From NCBI GenBank assembly GCA_000004695.1, contig CM000153.2, positions 4,640,001-4,704,000 on the forward strand: 64,000 bases of DNA, in the 5' to 3' direction. This document shows, in pieces, positions 34,598 through 46,825 of the stretch. This DNA comes from Dictyostelium discoideum (Eukaryota). Below the pieces are notes generated by a model. That model had not been told where the DNA came from. It did no database searches and saw nothing but the letters and a program-made list of their open reading frames with translations. How positions within the stretch are numbered: the stretch's first letter is position 1; every line of letters starts with the position of its first letter. A program made the position numbers and the translations under genes.

Positions 34598-35106
34598 GTT
34601 TTATTATTGCTTTTTATTGAAAAAGATGTAGACGATGTTTGTGATGTTTGTGATGTTTGTGGTGGTGGTGGTGGTGATGGTGTTTTTATTGGTGTTGTTA
34701 TTTTATTTATAATTTCATTTTGTTTCTGTTGTTGTTCTTGTTCTTGTTCTTGTTCATCATCAGTATTATTATTTTCATCTTGTTGATATTTAAAATTATG
34801 ATTATGTTGATGATTAATTTTATTATTAAAGTTTTGATTATTATTAATTATATTATTTTTTAAAGGTGTTTTAGTTAATATTGAATCTAATGGTGAAGAT
34901 TCTGGGTGTATTATAATATTTCTTAATTGGTCGATTCTGGGTGTTGAAAGTGCAAAATGTTCTTGTATACAATCAATACCAAATAATAAGGTTATCTTTA
35001 TCACTTCATTCCATTGTTGTTCTGGAAATAATTGAAGATATGAATTTATTGCTTTTGATGCTTTAGAAATACTAAAAGATGTTGAATTAATATTCTTATC
35101 TTTCAT
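32737..35106 (-). CDS. Hypothetical low-complexity (poly-Asn/Gln/Ser-rich) protein of 789 aa with a short structured N-terminal domain.
   Basis: Long intact ORF. Only the first about 70 aa (…AINSYLQLFPEQQWNEVIKITLLFGIDCIQEHFALSTPRIDQLRNIIIHPES) look globular, and no domain is recognised. Confidence 0.5.
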
Positions 35107-35218
35107 TTTCTTTTTCTTTTTTATTATTTATTTTTTTTTTTATATTTTTATTTTTTTTTTTCTATAAATTATTATTAATTTTTATTTTTATTTCTTTAAT
35201 ATATTTGTTTTAATCAAT

Positions 35219-35261
<43 letters not shown>

Positions 35262-35754
35262 AAAATTTGGAAAAGATTTAAATTGAAAAAAAAAAAAAAG
35301 CGCCAAAAAAAACACTTTTTCTTTTTTTTTTTTTTTTATTTTTATTTATTTTATTTTTTAATTTTTTTATTTTGAATGTTAGCATAAAAAATTGACGTGA
35401 ACTTATTATTAGAATTTTTATTAATTATTTCAAATAATATTACAACTTCAAAACACACATTAAAAAAAAAAATAAAAAATTAAAAAATTAAAAAATAATA
35501 ATAAAAAAAAAAAAATTAATTTAAAAAATAATAAATTAATAAAAAACAAAATGAATAAAAATTTGGGTCAAAATAAAATTTTCATATATATTAAAACAAA
35601 CAAATACATACATAAATAAACAAATACATAAATAAAAAAAATAAAAAATAAAAAATAAATAATAAAAAAAAATAAAAAAAAAAAAAAAAATAAAAAAAAA
35701 TAAATAAAAAAAATAAATAAATTAAAAATTAAAAATTAAAAATTAAAAATTAAA

Positions 35755-36272
35755 ATGGAAATACCAAATTTATCAGGATATTGTATTGATATAAATAAAA
35801 AAGAATATAATTCATTTGGTAAAGGAAGTAAAAGTGAAGGTGGTAATTGTTATCAATTAAACATTTATAAAGAAGTTGTATTAAAAGATCAAAAGAGATT
35901 AGAGGATGCACCAAAAAGTTTAAAGAATATTGATGTTTATGGTGGAGAGATTGGTGATTCAGAATATGAACCCATTGGATATAGAATAGGTGATTTAAAA
36001 AATAATATAAATGCAATCACCTTTTCAAATTTAACTATTGGTAAAAATTTAAATTCAACAACCATTGATTTATATCAAAATCAATATGGTATAATTTTTG
36101 AACCAAATGATATTCCAACTAAAATTTCAATTAATCCATTATCAAACTCTAATGATAATGATCCGACAAGTAAATTATTTTATCAAAATTTTCAAGATAT
36201 TCAATTTGAATTAAATCAACATTTTTGTTTATCAATTGGTTCTGTAATTTTTAAAATTATAAATAATAATAA

Positions 36273-36308
<36 letters not shown>

Positions 36309-37179
36309 TTCATCGTCATCATTTTCTTCTTCTTGCTCAACAATTGGAGAATTTTGTCAAATACCTGGTATTGAAAATGAATCAATTTATAAATTATTAG
36401 AACAAGATCCAATTAAATTTGTAAATAATTATTGTAATGCAAGTAATAAAGATTATTTAGATTTAAAAAAGTTTATTCAAAGATTACATTCAATATTTAA
36501 TCTCGTAAATTGGTCAATAGATTTTCAAAATTATCCAGCTTTATTATTTTTAATTTCAAATATCTATAGAGAAATTAATGAACAACATAAAGAATATCAA
36601 TTAGGAGTTGCAAAAAGATTAGAATATATCATTGAATTACCATTGATTTTACCATCAAATGAAATAAATCAATCATTTTCAAATCAATTATTAAATTTAT
36701 TTAAAGAAAATAATCAATTTCAAAAACCATTATTATTAAATTTATCTTTATTAATAAATAATAATATTAATAATAATAATAATAATAATAATAAATCAAA
36801 TAATGATGATATTTTTAAATTAATAATTAATAATGATAAATTTTTAAATTTATTTAAATCATTATTATCAAAAAATAATGAACAAGAAATTAAAAAACAA
36901 TATTATTTTACAACTAATATTAATCAATTTGAACCAATTTCAAAACAAATTATTAATGAAGAATTCATTTTAAAATTAGTTTCAATTATTAAATCTAATG
37001 GTATAAATGGTTTAATATTAAATAAAGATAGATCACCTTATTTAATTTTACCATCATCAAATTGTTTAATTGAACCATCAACTATTAAATTTGATGATTC
37101 ATTAACAAATCTTTATTCAAAAGAAAATCAAAACAAAACAATTAAATTTTTAGAAAAATTAAATAATATTAAAAAATAA
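35755..37179 (+). CDS. Hypothetical protein (474 aa) with a poly-Ser tract.
   Basis: Intact ORF with a canonical ATG and A-rich upstream context. No domain recognised. Confidence 0.5.
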
Positions 37180-37267
37180 TAAAAATTTAAAAATAAAGCG
37201 AAAGCAATCATGATGTTTTTTTTTTAAAAAAATAATAATACACAATATTTTATTTATTTATTTATTT

Positions 37268-39169
37268 TTAATCATTACCTAATTTTTTTAATTTATTTAA
37301 ACCAACTTTAATATTTGTTTGATTTCTTTTATATAATATAAAACCAACAATTATGAAAATTGTAGAACCAACAACACCAACAACTACACCTATAGTAATT
37401 TTTACCCATTCCCTTGATTTTTCATTATTACATCCTTGTTCATTTGTTGATGAAGTATGATCAATAAAAATACTAAAAGATGGATCCATTTGAATTAAAT
37501 TTTCATAATGTGGTATATTAATTGCTATTGATAAATTTGTTGAATTCGTAAATAAATATGAATTTGATAATGTTGTTATTGTACCATCAACAATACCTCT
37601 TTTTATAAAATTACAATTTAATGATCTATCATTTAATTTAATTTTAAAATTATCTAAATTATTATATATATTGATTGAATTAGTTGGACAATCATTTTCA
37701 ATTTGACTATCAACTTGACTTTGAATTATTAATTTCAAAGTATTTAAATCACTTTCAAATGAATAACTTGAAATTTCTATATTAAATTTTAAAGAATATG
37801 GTTCAATTTTAATTTCTTGGTTTGCAAATTTAATTTTATTATTAACATTTGAATCAATATCTTTATACCAATTAAATAATACTTTAATTTCTGTAGATTT
37901 ATTTAATGATTTTGAAATTGATGTTGAATTAATAGTTGTATTATAAAAATAGGTTTCAATTTGTTTGGTATCATTAATGGTTTGATTATTATATGACCAT
38001 AATATTGATTCTAAATTATATTGTTTTATAATTTTATCTTGAAAATCAAGTTCATTTAATGATTTAATTATAATTAATGATTTAAATTTTGAATTTTCAA
38101 ATAATTCTGTATTTGGACTTTTTAAATTAAATGATGTAGTTGAATTTTTGGATGGTTCTAAATTTGGAAAAGTGGGAGTTATTATTATACAATTCGTATT
38201 ATTATTAGTAAGAGTGAATGGACAATCACAACTATATGTACCAATTTTATTATTACAAATAAAATTTATTGGACAAGTATAATTATTAAAATCGCCATCT
38301 GAAATTAAACATTCATCAATATCAATACAATCACCTTTAGCATTTAATTTAAAACCTGGACTACAATAACAATCTGCATTGACTCTATCACATGTTCTAT
38401 TACCAACACATGGATTAATTGGTTGATCACAAAAATTAATTCTACAAAATTCATCAATTTGATATGCTTTATCACATAAACATTTACTATTATTTACACA
38501 TTTTCCATAATTACAATTTGGACATTTAAATTCTGCATACCAAAAAGTTGAATAATATGAATTTATTGCACCAAATTGTTTACAATAACCATTTCCATTT
38601 GTTTCATTTAAAACCAATAATGATGAATTAAAATTTGGTATGAAATATGTGATATTATTTGAACAACTTTGAATAATTAAATCTTTTTCAATTTTATAAT
38701 TAACTGTTTTAATAAAGGAATCACTTGAATTTAAACAATTTTTTCCAAAATTATAAATATTTGTAGTATAAAAATTTGAGTAACAATTTGTAACTGGTAA
38801 ATTACCATTTTCAATTGTATAATAATTTGTTCTACCTATTTCTGCGTATCTAATTTTAATTAATTAATATTTAGAGAAAAAAAAAAAAAAAAAAAATGAA
38901 AAAAAAAAAAAAAAAAAATTATCTTACATTGGAGGTGAAGTAGGTGTTATAATAGGACATTTAGGTTGAATTGTAAAGACATAGCTATTTGAATAACCAA
39001 TAGATTTACACATGACTCCTTGAATTTGTTCATTTTTTATATTAGAACAACCATAATTTGTATAATTTGAAACTGATGAGCATTGTGAAAAAACAAAATT
39101 ATTTTTGTTTAAGTGAACTATAAATAATAATATTAATATTATTTTGATATTACCAAATATTTTAACCAT
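37268..39169 (-). CDS. Type I membrane protein with EGF-like/calcium-binding EGF domains. Two exons: 38928..39169 and 37268..38849.
   Basis: Exon 1 has a signal peptide (MVKIFGNIKIILILLFIVHL..) and ends ..TSPP at the GTAAGA donor. The acceptor is aattag and phase is 2. Exon 2 has multiple Cys-rich EGF modules including cbEGF DIDECL...C.C, a long N-glycosylation-rich stalk, a TM segment (ITIGVVVGVVGSTIFIIVGFILY) and a short cytoplasmic tail. Confidence 0.65.
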
Positions 39170-39455
39170 TTTATATCATTTAATAATAAAATAAATTAAA
39201 TGATTTATAAAAAAAAAAAAAAAAAAAAAAAAATTTCGTTAAAACTTGATCTATCTAAAAAAAAAACAATTTGGTTAAAACTTGATTTATAATATTTTCA
39301 GAAAAAAAAGTTTTTTTTTGTCAAAATTGTTGTCCTATTAAAATTTATAAAACATAAGGAGTCTCATATAAATTTTTTTAATTTTTTTTTTTGTCTAATA
39401 CATATATATTTTATCTTTACTAATTTCAGTCATTTTTAAACTTTCACCAATAGTT

Positions 39456-40028
39456 GTGCCATGTAAAATATGTGGCCAAAAGGTATCACTTTCTGATATA
39501 AAAAATCATATTTTAGATGAATGTATACCAGTTTTTTTAGACATTTATGGTTTAAGGCATCAATTACCAAATCAAAATGAATATAAATCCCTATTGGAAG
39601 AAAACAATAAATTAAAACATGAAGTTTACATTTTAAAAGAAGAAAATTCTAAACTAAGATATATATCATCCTCAAACTCAACAATTTCATCAAGATCAAG
39701 CGATGTATATCCAGTAGTATCAAATGAAAATAATGATAGCGAATTAGTAAAAAAGGAACCAATAGAATATAAAGAGTCAGAAATTAAATTTTATGATGAA
39801 TTTATAGATGTAGATTTAAATAATGATGCTTCAACATGCTTTTTAGCACAAACTTTTAAAGAAAAAAGTGAAGATGATAAAATAATTAATGTAATACATT
39901 GTCCTAAACCAGCAAGGGGGAGTTTAATAATTGATGTAATCCATGGTAATTATTCTATCACAGTGTGTAAATTTACACATTTTACAGAAATGAAATCATT
40001 GGAGGCGATTAGAAAAATATTTATGTAG
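39456..40028 (+). CDS. Hypothetical protein with an N-terminal C2HC-type zinc-finger-like motif (CKICGQKVSLSDIKNHILDEC) and a coiled-coil region. Start uncertain: the track M is a GTG, and a 5' exon may be missing.
   Basis: A 190-aa ORF immediately upstream of the Harbinger-like transposase gene. It could be co-mobilised, and it has no Myb/SANT signature. Confidence 0.3.
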   Translation: MPCKICGQKVSLSDIKNHILDECIPVFLDIYGLRHQLPNQNEYKSLLEENNKLKHEVYILKEENSKLRYISSSNSTISSRSSDVYPVVSNENNDSELVKKEPIEYKESEIKFYDEFIDVDLNNDASTCFLAQTFKEKSEDDKIINVIHCPKPARGSLIIDVIHGNYSITVCKFTHFTEMKSLEAIRKIFM

Positions 40029-40134
40029 TTTCCAAAAGGTGTTGGAAACTACATAAATATTGAAATTCATATTGGTTATTGGTAATCCAGATGATTTTAT
40101 TTTTAAATGATCTGTACATTTAAAACCACATACA

Positions 40135-41317
40135 ATGCATTTTCCAATTCTTAATGGATCAGCTTTATTTACATCTTCTTTTTTTGAATCTAAAGTCATT
40201 GGAGCTCTTAGAATTTTTAATAATACTAGTTTAAAAGTGTGGAAAAATTATCATGAAAGTAAGTATTTTTATATTAATTTAAAAATTTTAATTTTAATAT
40301 TTATTAATATTTTGATATATTAGTTTTAGAAGAAAAAAATAATAAATTAGTAAATCATACACAACATAAAATAAACAACATTGCCACAGAAGAAACAATT
40401 GATGATACAACTTCAAGTAATCAAAGTGAGCCAAGTAAGCCAAGCAAGCCAAGTAAGCCAAGTGAGCCAAGTGAACCAAGTGAGCCAAGTGAACCTGTTA
40501 ATGCAACTACAACAATAGAAGGTAAAAAAAGAAAATACACAAAAAAAAAATAAAAAAAAAATAGTAGTTTATTAAATAATTTATAAATTAATTAAGACTT
40601 CTATTGTTTTTTAATTTTATTATTATTTTTTCATACTAATATTAGTATATTTGTTTTTAAAAAGGATTAAATGATAAAGATTTTAAATCGTTAATTGGGA
40701 TTACTAAGATTCAATTTCAAGATTTATTAAATAAAATTTCACAAAAAACAAAAAAAAAGAGATAACAGGGGGAGATCAAGTATTTATAATGTAAAAGGTA
40801 AACTTATTATAACTATGATTTGGCTTCGTCATTATCTCAAACCGATTATTTTTAAAATTTTATTTAAAGTGAGAATGTTATAAGAAATTATACAGATCAA
40901 ATAGTTGAAATTTTATATTTATTATCTTTTGATAGTTTTAATTATCACACAATTAATAGGATTAATCAAAAAGCAGTTTTTATTAATGAATTAAATGAGC
41001 AATGTATTGTTACATCCATTGTGGATAGATCAGAGCAAAGATCAGTAGTTGCATTGGATAAAATAGCTAAAATTAACAACTTCAGTGCTAAAAAAGGATA
41101 TCCTACATTAACCAAATTCGTTTTTTGTAGCCCTGATGGTAAAATACAATATTTATCGAAAAGTAGAAATGGATCAAGGAATGACCAATCCATGATGTAT
41201 GAAGTTAGTGAATTTATTAATAAATTCGATGACTCTTGTGAACATATAATGGGCGATAAAGGCTTTCAAGGATCCGATAAATTATATTCTAAATTTTTAG
41301 TAATTTCGAGAAAAACC

Positions 41318-41369
<52 letters not shown>

Positions 41370-41659
41370 TAATAATAATAATAATAATAATAAAAATAAT
41401 AATGATGGTGATATAAATGGAGAATGTTTTGAACCAGAATATTATATAAGCGATGAAAAAGAATCAGAAGCAAGGTTTAAATCGATTAGAATAATAATTG
41501 AAAATGTTTTTGCTCATTAAAAAATATTCAATTACCTGTCTCACTTTTAGATTTAAGAATAAGATTGAATCAACAACTTTATTGGACTATCATCATAAAA
41601 TTTGGTGTGTTGTTGCATTTTTGGTTAACTTGTATGTTGAAATTAGAAAGAAAGAATAA
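40135..41659 (+). mobile_element. Degenerate Harbinger/PIF-superfamily DDE transposase gene (DDE_Tnp_4-like). Upstream exons are 40135..40256 and 40324..40499. The main exon from 40667 has an HTH region, three frameshifts, an internal poly-Asn insertion, and a D..D..E core.
   Basis: Spliced in phase as ...KNYHE|ILEEKNNKLVNH...SEPSKPSKPSKPSEPSEP...TTIEG|GLNDKDFKSLIGITKIQFQDLLNKISQKTKKKR. After a +1 shift in an A9 run comes RDNRGRSSIYNVKGKLIITMIWLRHYLKPIIFKILFK (GRPR/WLR.Y Harbinger motifs). After another shift comes SENVIRNYTDQIVEIL...QCIVTSIVDRSEQ...KKGYPTLTKFVFCSPDGKIQYL...HIMGDKGFQGS... (41021-41416 ORF in the track). Then (N)17, then ESEARFKSIRIIIENVFAH|LKKYSITCLTFRFKNKIESTT...IWCVVAFLVNLYVEI (a -1 shift at GCTCATTAAAAAAT). 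Confidence 0.7.
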
Positions 41660-42181
41660 ACTCTCATATTAATTTAATATGAAAAAAACATTTTCATTTC
41701 AAAAAAAAAACTTTTTTTTCTGAATATATTATAATATGAATAAAATAAAATTTAATTTACCCCAAAAATATCTTACACAAAGGATTTAATTTTTATTTTA
41801 AAAAGATTTTTCGGCATTATATTTTAATCAAAGGGGCTGCCAGGAATGAAAATATCTTAAGCCTATAGAATTTTCTAAATTTTTTTTTTTTTTGAGACCA
41901 CCTTTTCCATATCACTCACCTTGGAATTTCTTTTTTTTTTTTTTTTTATTTTTTTTTAATATTGATTAATCATAGTTTATACTTAAAGGAAATACACAAT
42001 AACTAATAGTTTTATTTAGAAATTTTTTTACTTCATTTTATAATTTAGTTTTTCGATTTTGGTTTGAATTTTAAAATAGTGTTGTTGGTTTTGTTATTAT
42101 TATATTATATTATTTTTTTTTTTTTTTTATATTTTATTTATATGAATTGGTTGAATGAGATGAGATTTGGTCGCACAAAGT

Positions 42182-42747
42182 GTTTTCCGAGACGATTTTT
42201 TTTTTTTTTTTTTGATATAAATAAACTATTGTAGTATACAATTAGTATGTTATTTTTATTTATTTATTTTAGGTTTTTTAGTTTTTGTGAATTTAAAATG
42301 GTATGTTATTTTAGATTAGGTAATTAATAATTAATTGGTGGTGTAATTGTTGGAATTGGTTCATAAGTGTTTATGCTCCATTCTTTTTTAAATTTTTTGA
42401 TTGTTTCGGACCATTGGGTTTCTTTTTGAGTTTTTGTGAGGTTGTTTTTAATTGAGTAATGGTTGAAGTTTGATAATGTTCTTGAATATTCCAATCTTAT
42501 TAGCTTGTGCCATTTTGATTTTAATATATCATAATCTAGTGTTGTGTTGTTTATTTGGTTGTTCCAATTATCAATTGATTGAGTTATATTGATGTCAAAT
42601 AATGATTTGCATAACCATATCCATATTTGGTGAATAACTAATGAGATTATGTTCCAATATGCATGTGTTCTGACTAGATCAAGATTTGTGTTTATATAAT
42701 TCCAGTTGAACCTGTATTTTTTATATTGTGCGTTTTCCGAGACGAGA
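42182..42747 (-). mobile_element. 5'-truncated non-LTR retroelement (TRE3-like) inserted about 45-55 nt downstream of the tRNA gene, just past its external B box. It has a poly(A) tail and a 14-bp target-site duplication GTTTTCCGAGACGA.
   Basis: TSD copies are at 42182-42195 and 42732-42745. Poly(T) on the plus strand (poly(A) of the element) is at 42196-42213, abutting the first TSD. The minus-strand ORF (42324..42764 in the track) covers the 3' end of ORF2, and the plus strand is G/T-rich like the element at 1-1270. Confidence 0.65.
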
Positions 42748-42762
42748 ATCGAACACTCGACC
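42737..42762 (-). promoter_or_regulatory. External B box (ex-B, RNA polymerase III TFIIIC site) downstream of the tRNA gene.
   Basis: The minus strand reads GGTCGAGTGTTCGATTCTCGTCTCGG. GTGTTCGATTCTC matches the B-box consensus GGTTCGANTCC and lies about 33-45 nt 3' of the tRNA, which is the typical Dictyostelium ex-B position. Confidence 0.55.
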
Positions 42763-42788
42763 AATTTCCCCTGTAAAAAAAAAAAAAT

Positions 42789-42884
42789 TGGAGAAGAAGG
42801 GTATCGATCCCTTTACCTTATGGAAATCTGATTATCGTTGCTGTTTATGCAAACCATACGCTCTACCATATGAGCTACATCCCC
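42789..42884 (-). tRNA. tRNA-Ala (anticodon UGC) with a 23-nt intron between positions 37 and 38.
   Basis: The minus strand reads GGGGATG TA GCTC ATATGGTA GAGC G TATGG TTTGCA [TAAACAGCAACGATAATCAGATT] T CCATA AGGTA AAGGG ATCGATA CCCTT CTTCTCC A. It has a 7-bp acceptor with G3:U70 (Ala identity; U6:U67 mismatch), a 4-bp D stem, a 5-bp anticodon stem, a 5-bp T stem, and an A box TAGCTCATATGG. The 5' half and T arm are near-identical to the human tRNA-Ala as recalled from memory. Confidence 0.8.
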
Positions 42885-42915
42885 ATTGACGAAAAAATTT
42901 AATTAATAGCAGTTA

Positions 42916-43768
42916 CCATATTAATAGTGTAATCAGAAACAACAACAACAACAAAACAACAACAAAACAAAATCAACTACAACTACAACTACACTGGCAA
43001 TGCAAGCAAGCATGGACCCAATTAAAAACTCCACAAAATAAACAAACACACTACGAACACCTCCCAAAATTAAAAAAAATATACGAGGATATGATGACAA
43101 CTCAATCTCCAGAACACAACAAATTCATACCAACTCCTGGCCAAAAAGAAATAATGACCAAAATTAATAGCAAACACCTTCCATTTAAAGAAATCAAAAA
43201 AATAATAAACATGAAAGGTAGAGATCTATTATGGAGATACACACTGAAAGCATTACCAAAAATATACAACATGCCATGCCAACAGTGTGGGGAAGATGAG
43301 ACTTCAGAACATATATTCTTCAACTGCAAAGCCCACATCAAAAACACACAAGAAATATTCAACTACACCCTAACTAAGTGTGGACACACCACTCACACCT
43401 GGAATGTGAAGATTTTAAACCATCTACAAATCGCACTAGTAGCCAATTTAATAGCTATTATATTCGAAAGAATCTGGCACAAAAGAAATAAACTCATTCA
43501 CGATGAAAAAGAAATAATAATTCACAGACAACAAGTCATACGTGAACTGATTAAAACACAAAGAGCTGCATGGGACAGGACACAAGCGGTTATAAACAAA
43601 ACATTAAGAATCAAATCAAAGCAACGGCCAGAAGAACAAAATAAATTAGACTCCTTAATTTCGGTAAAGCTATTCCAATTTAGCAGACAAGGGAACTCCC
43701 CTTTTTCCCCAAAAAAAATTTCCGAAACATTTCAAAAAAAAAAAAAATTCCCCCGGGCTTTTTTTTAA

Positions 43769-43844
<76 letters not shown>

Positions 43845-44138
43845 TGGGAACCCAAGTTAATCAGAAAATTTCCAGATTTTTAACTTTTTAAAGAAAAATA
43901 AAAAAAATAGAAAGAAAATAAAATGAAAATCACAAACAACACCACAAATATTAAGCAACACAAATGCCTACAAAAAATAAGCGAAATTGTGGATAAAACT
44001 CAATTAAAAAAAAAACAATTCAAATACGTCATAAACATCAATCACGAACCAGACGATAAAATAAAAAAAGATTTAGAAAAAAGTTTGGACAAAAAAGATG
44101 TTTTAATCAAAAGTAATAATACAATTCAAAATTCGAAA

Positions 44139-44184
<46 letters not shown>

Positions 44185-44285
44185 CCAACCCCTCTTTTAG
44201 AGACCCTGTAAAAAAAAAAAAAAAATAAAATAAAATGAGATCTAGCATCTCAAGGAGAAGCAAATAATAATTGCGTTATCCAATT

Positions 44286-44318
<33 letters not shown>

Positions 44319-44331
44319 ATATTAATAGTGT
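42916..44331 (+). mobile_element. TRE5-A-like non-LTR retrotransposon, 5'-truncated (about 1.39 kb: ORF2 C-terminus, oligo(A), C-module-like 3' region, terminal poly(A)). It is inserted 46-47 bp upstream of the tRNA-Ala gene and flanked by a 15-bp target-site duplication CCATATTAATAGTGT.
   Basis: TSD copies are at 42916-42930 and 44317-44331, and the element body is 42931-44316. An open ORF runs from the 5' junction to 43768 with a CCHC-like motif (CQQCGEDETSEHIFFNCKAH) typical of the ORF2 C-terminus. An A69 run is at 43773-43841, followed by about 450 bp of 3' sequence and A30. The 47-bp distance and divergent orientation match TRE5-A targeting upstream of tRNA genes as I recall it. Confidence 0.7.
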
Positions 44332-44749
44332 TACAATTCAAAAAAAAAAAAAAAACATATTAAGATGGTTATTAAGGAAGAATTATATTAGTAATTCTAG
44401 AGAAAAAGTAACGAATAATTTAGTGATTTTGCGAGGTGAGATTTGATTAAGAAAATTAAACTATCTTGTTCAATCCTTATAAATAAAATTTAATAGCTCT
44501 ATTTATCGCCTTTTTTATCCTAACTTTGTGTAAAAGAATATCCACAATTTCATCAAAAACCTAGATCCTTAAAAATAAATTTAATTTAAATTATTATATA
44601 ATTGTTTAAAATCAAATAAAGAAAAATCTTGATAAGGTCATAAAAGGCAAAAGAATGTTTAATTAATATAAAAAAGTCAATAATATATTAATATCTAAAA
44701 ATAAAAAAAAATGGGTAACACTTTTTTATAATTATTTAATTAATTTATT

Positions 44750-45012
44750 TTATTTTATTTTTGAAATCAAATCATTTTTGAAATAGAATGAATAATCAAT
44801 ATCACTATCTTTTATAAAATCAAGCAATTCCAAGTCATTAGCTAACAATGCTCTTTTGTTAATTTCTTCAAAATCCCAAACGAAAAAGTCTTTGTGATTC
44901 TTGAAAATATAGATAAACAAATCTTTATTTTGAACAAATATTGAAGCAGATAAATAATCATCTTTAATGAATGAATTATCTCTATTTAAAATTTTAATAT
45001 CAACATTATATC

Positions 45013-45043
<31 letters not shown>

Positions 45044-46825
45044 ACTATTACTATTATCATCTTTTTCAGGTTGATTAAAATTACTATAAATAATATTAAC
45101 TATTTTTAATATTTTATTTATATTGGGTAATAGGATTTGAAAATCATTATGAACTAAAATATGATGAAGTATAATTGTTGAATGAATTGGATAGTTAATA
45201 TTATTTTCAACCAATAATTTCATATAACATAATTGATCTTCAATTCTAACTTTTTTTGTATTGAATAAACTTTTGGTAGTTTGAGGTGCATAACTATCTC
45301 TTAATGAAAGTGCTTTTGAAATTTCTTTTGTTTTATAACATTTATTAACTATTTCAACTATATTATAATCACTATAATAATTTGCAATTCCTAATAAAAT
45401 ATTACAAGTTGTATTTAAAGTTGACAATGGTGATAAAATTTTCGACAAATATGATGATAATGAACTATATTCACCACATTCTCTAGTGAAATCAGTGATA
45501 ACTCTAATTAAAGTATTTGTATTTGTAATATTTTTAGTTGTTACTAAAAAATCAAATATAAAAATTCTTTTAATTTCAATTTCTTGGGAAACTTTTTTTT
45601 CTTTTTTAAATTTTAATTTATTTTTTAAAATTGATAAAGTACCTTGTTGTTCATTATTATTACTATTATCATTATTAGGTGAAGAATTAATATTTAAAGT
45701 TGTTGTTGTTGTTGTTGTTGTTGTAGTTGTAGTTGTTGTTATATCATTATTTTCTAATCTTTCAATTTTTGATAATAATATATTATAATAATTACTATTA
45801 GATTCAGTTGAAATAAAACCTAAACTTGCAACATAAATTGAAGATTTAATAAATGGAAGATATTCTTTTTTAAAATTAACTTTTTCTGAAGAAAATGTAT
45901 CATTTAATTTATTATCTAATAAATAAGTAAAAGATCTATCAGAATATAATAATGGTGAACCCATTTGATAAAGACGTTTAAATACTTTTAAATCTAATAA
46001 AAGTAAATTTGAAAAATAATTATCAAATGAACCTGTATGTTTTTTTGGTGGATCGTAATTTAATTCATCTAATAAATATTTAACTACAAATGATCTATTG
46101 ATTGACATTAATGAATAATGTAATGCTTTTTGATGATCTTGTAAGCTTAAACCCATATGTTTATGAACATATTTTATAATTTCTAAATTTCCATATTTTA
46201 ATGCAACATCTAATAAATCTTCATCTTTTGAATAGGTTATTGAGTTTCTATCAGTTTCATGAAATAAACAATTACTACCATTACTAAATTTATTAGGATC
46301 TTCATTTACCATTTTAAAAAATTCAAAACAATTCATATGAATTGCAAATTTAATCAATGAAATATTTCTATAATGTGTAAATATTGGATGATGTAATTCA
46401 CTTTGAAATAAATTTTCTGAATTTGTTTTAAAAAATTCTTTTAAAACTTTTAAACCATTTTTACCAATTAAATTATTTTTATAATTTTTTTGATTTTGAT
46501 CATTTTTATCTTCATTACCATTATCATCATTATTATTATTATTATTATTACAATAATCGTTATTATCTAATTCTTTAAGATATTCAAATAAAAACATTAA
46601 ACCATTATATGATAAATCACTCTTTTTAAAATGATAATTTGATTTAAGTTTATCTTTTAATAATGAATAATTATTATTTTTTGATATCCATTCAAGTGTT
46701 ATTTTATCATATCTTGAAACTGAAATTTTAAATTTTGAATTAATTTCATAAACATAATTAAAAATAATATTTGATATATATTTATTTCTAAATACTAATT
46801 TATATAATCTATATTGATTTTCCAT
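44750..46825 (-). CDS. Hypothetical protein (691 aa) with poly-Thr and poly-Asn tracts, possibly with degenerate ankyrin-like repeats in the middle.
   Basis: Intact ORF, and no confident domain assignment. Confidence 0.5.

Noticed and set aside
39236-39292. Direct repeat gttaaaacttgat(c/t)tat twice, upstream of the zinc-finger ORF, considered as a possible Harbinger terminal repeat.
   Set aside because: No inverted partner (atcaagttttaac) was found downstream of the transposase relic, so the element ends remain undefined.
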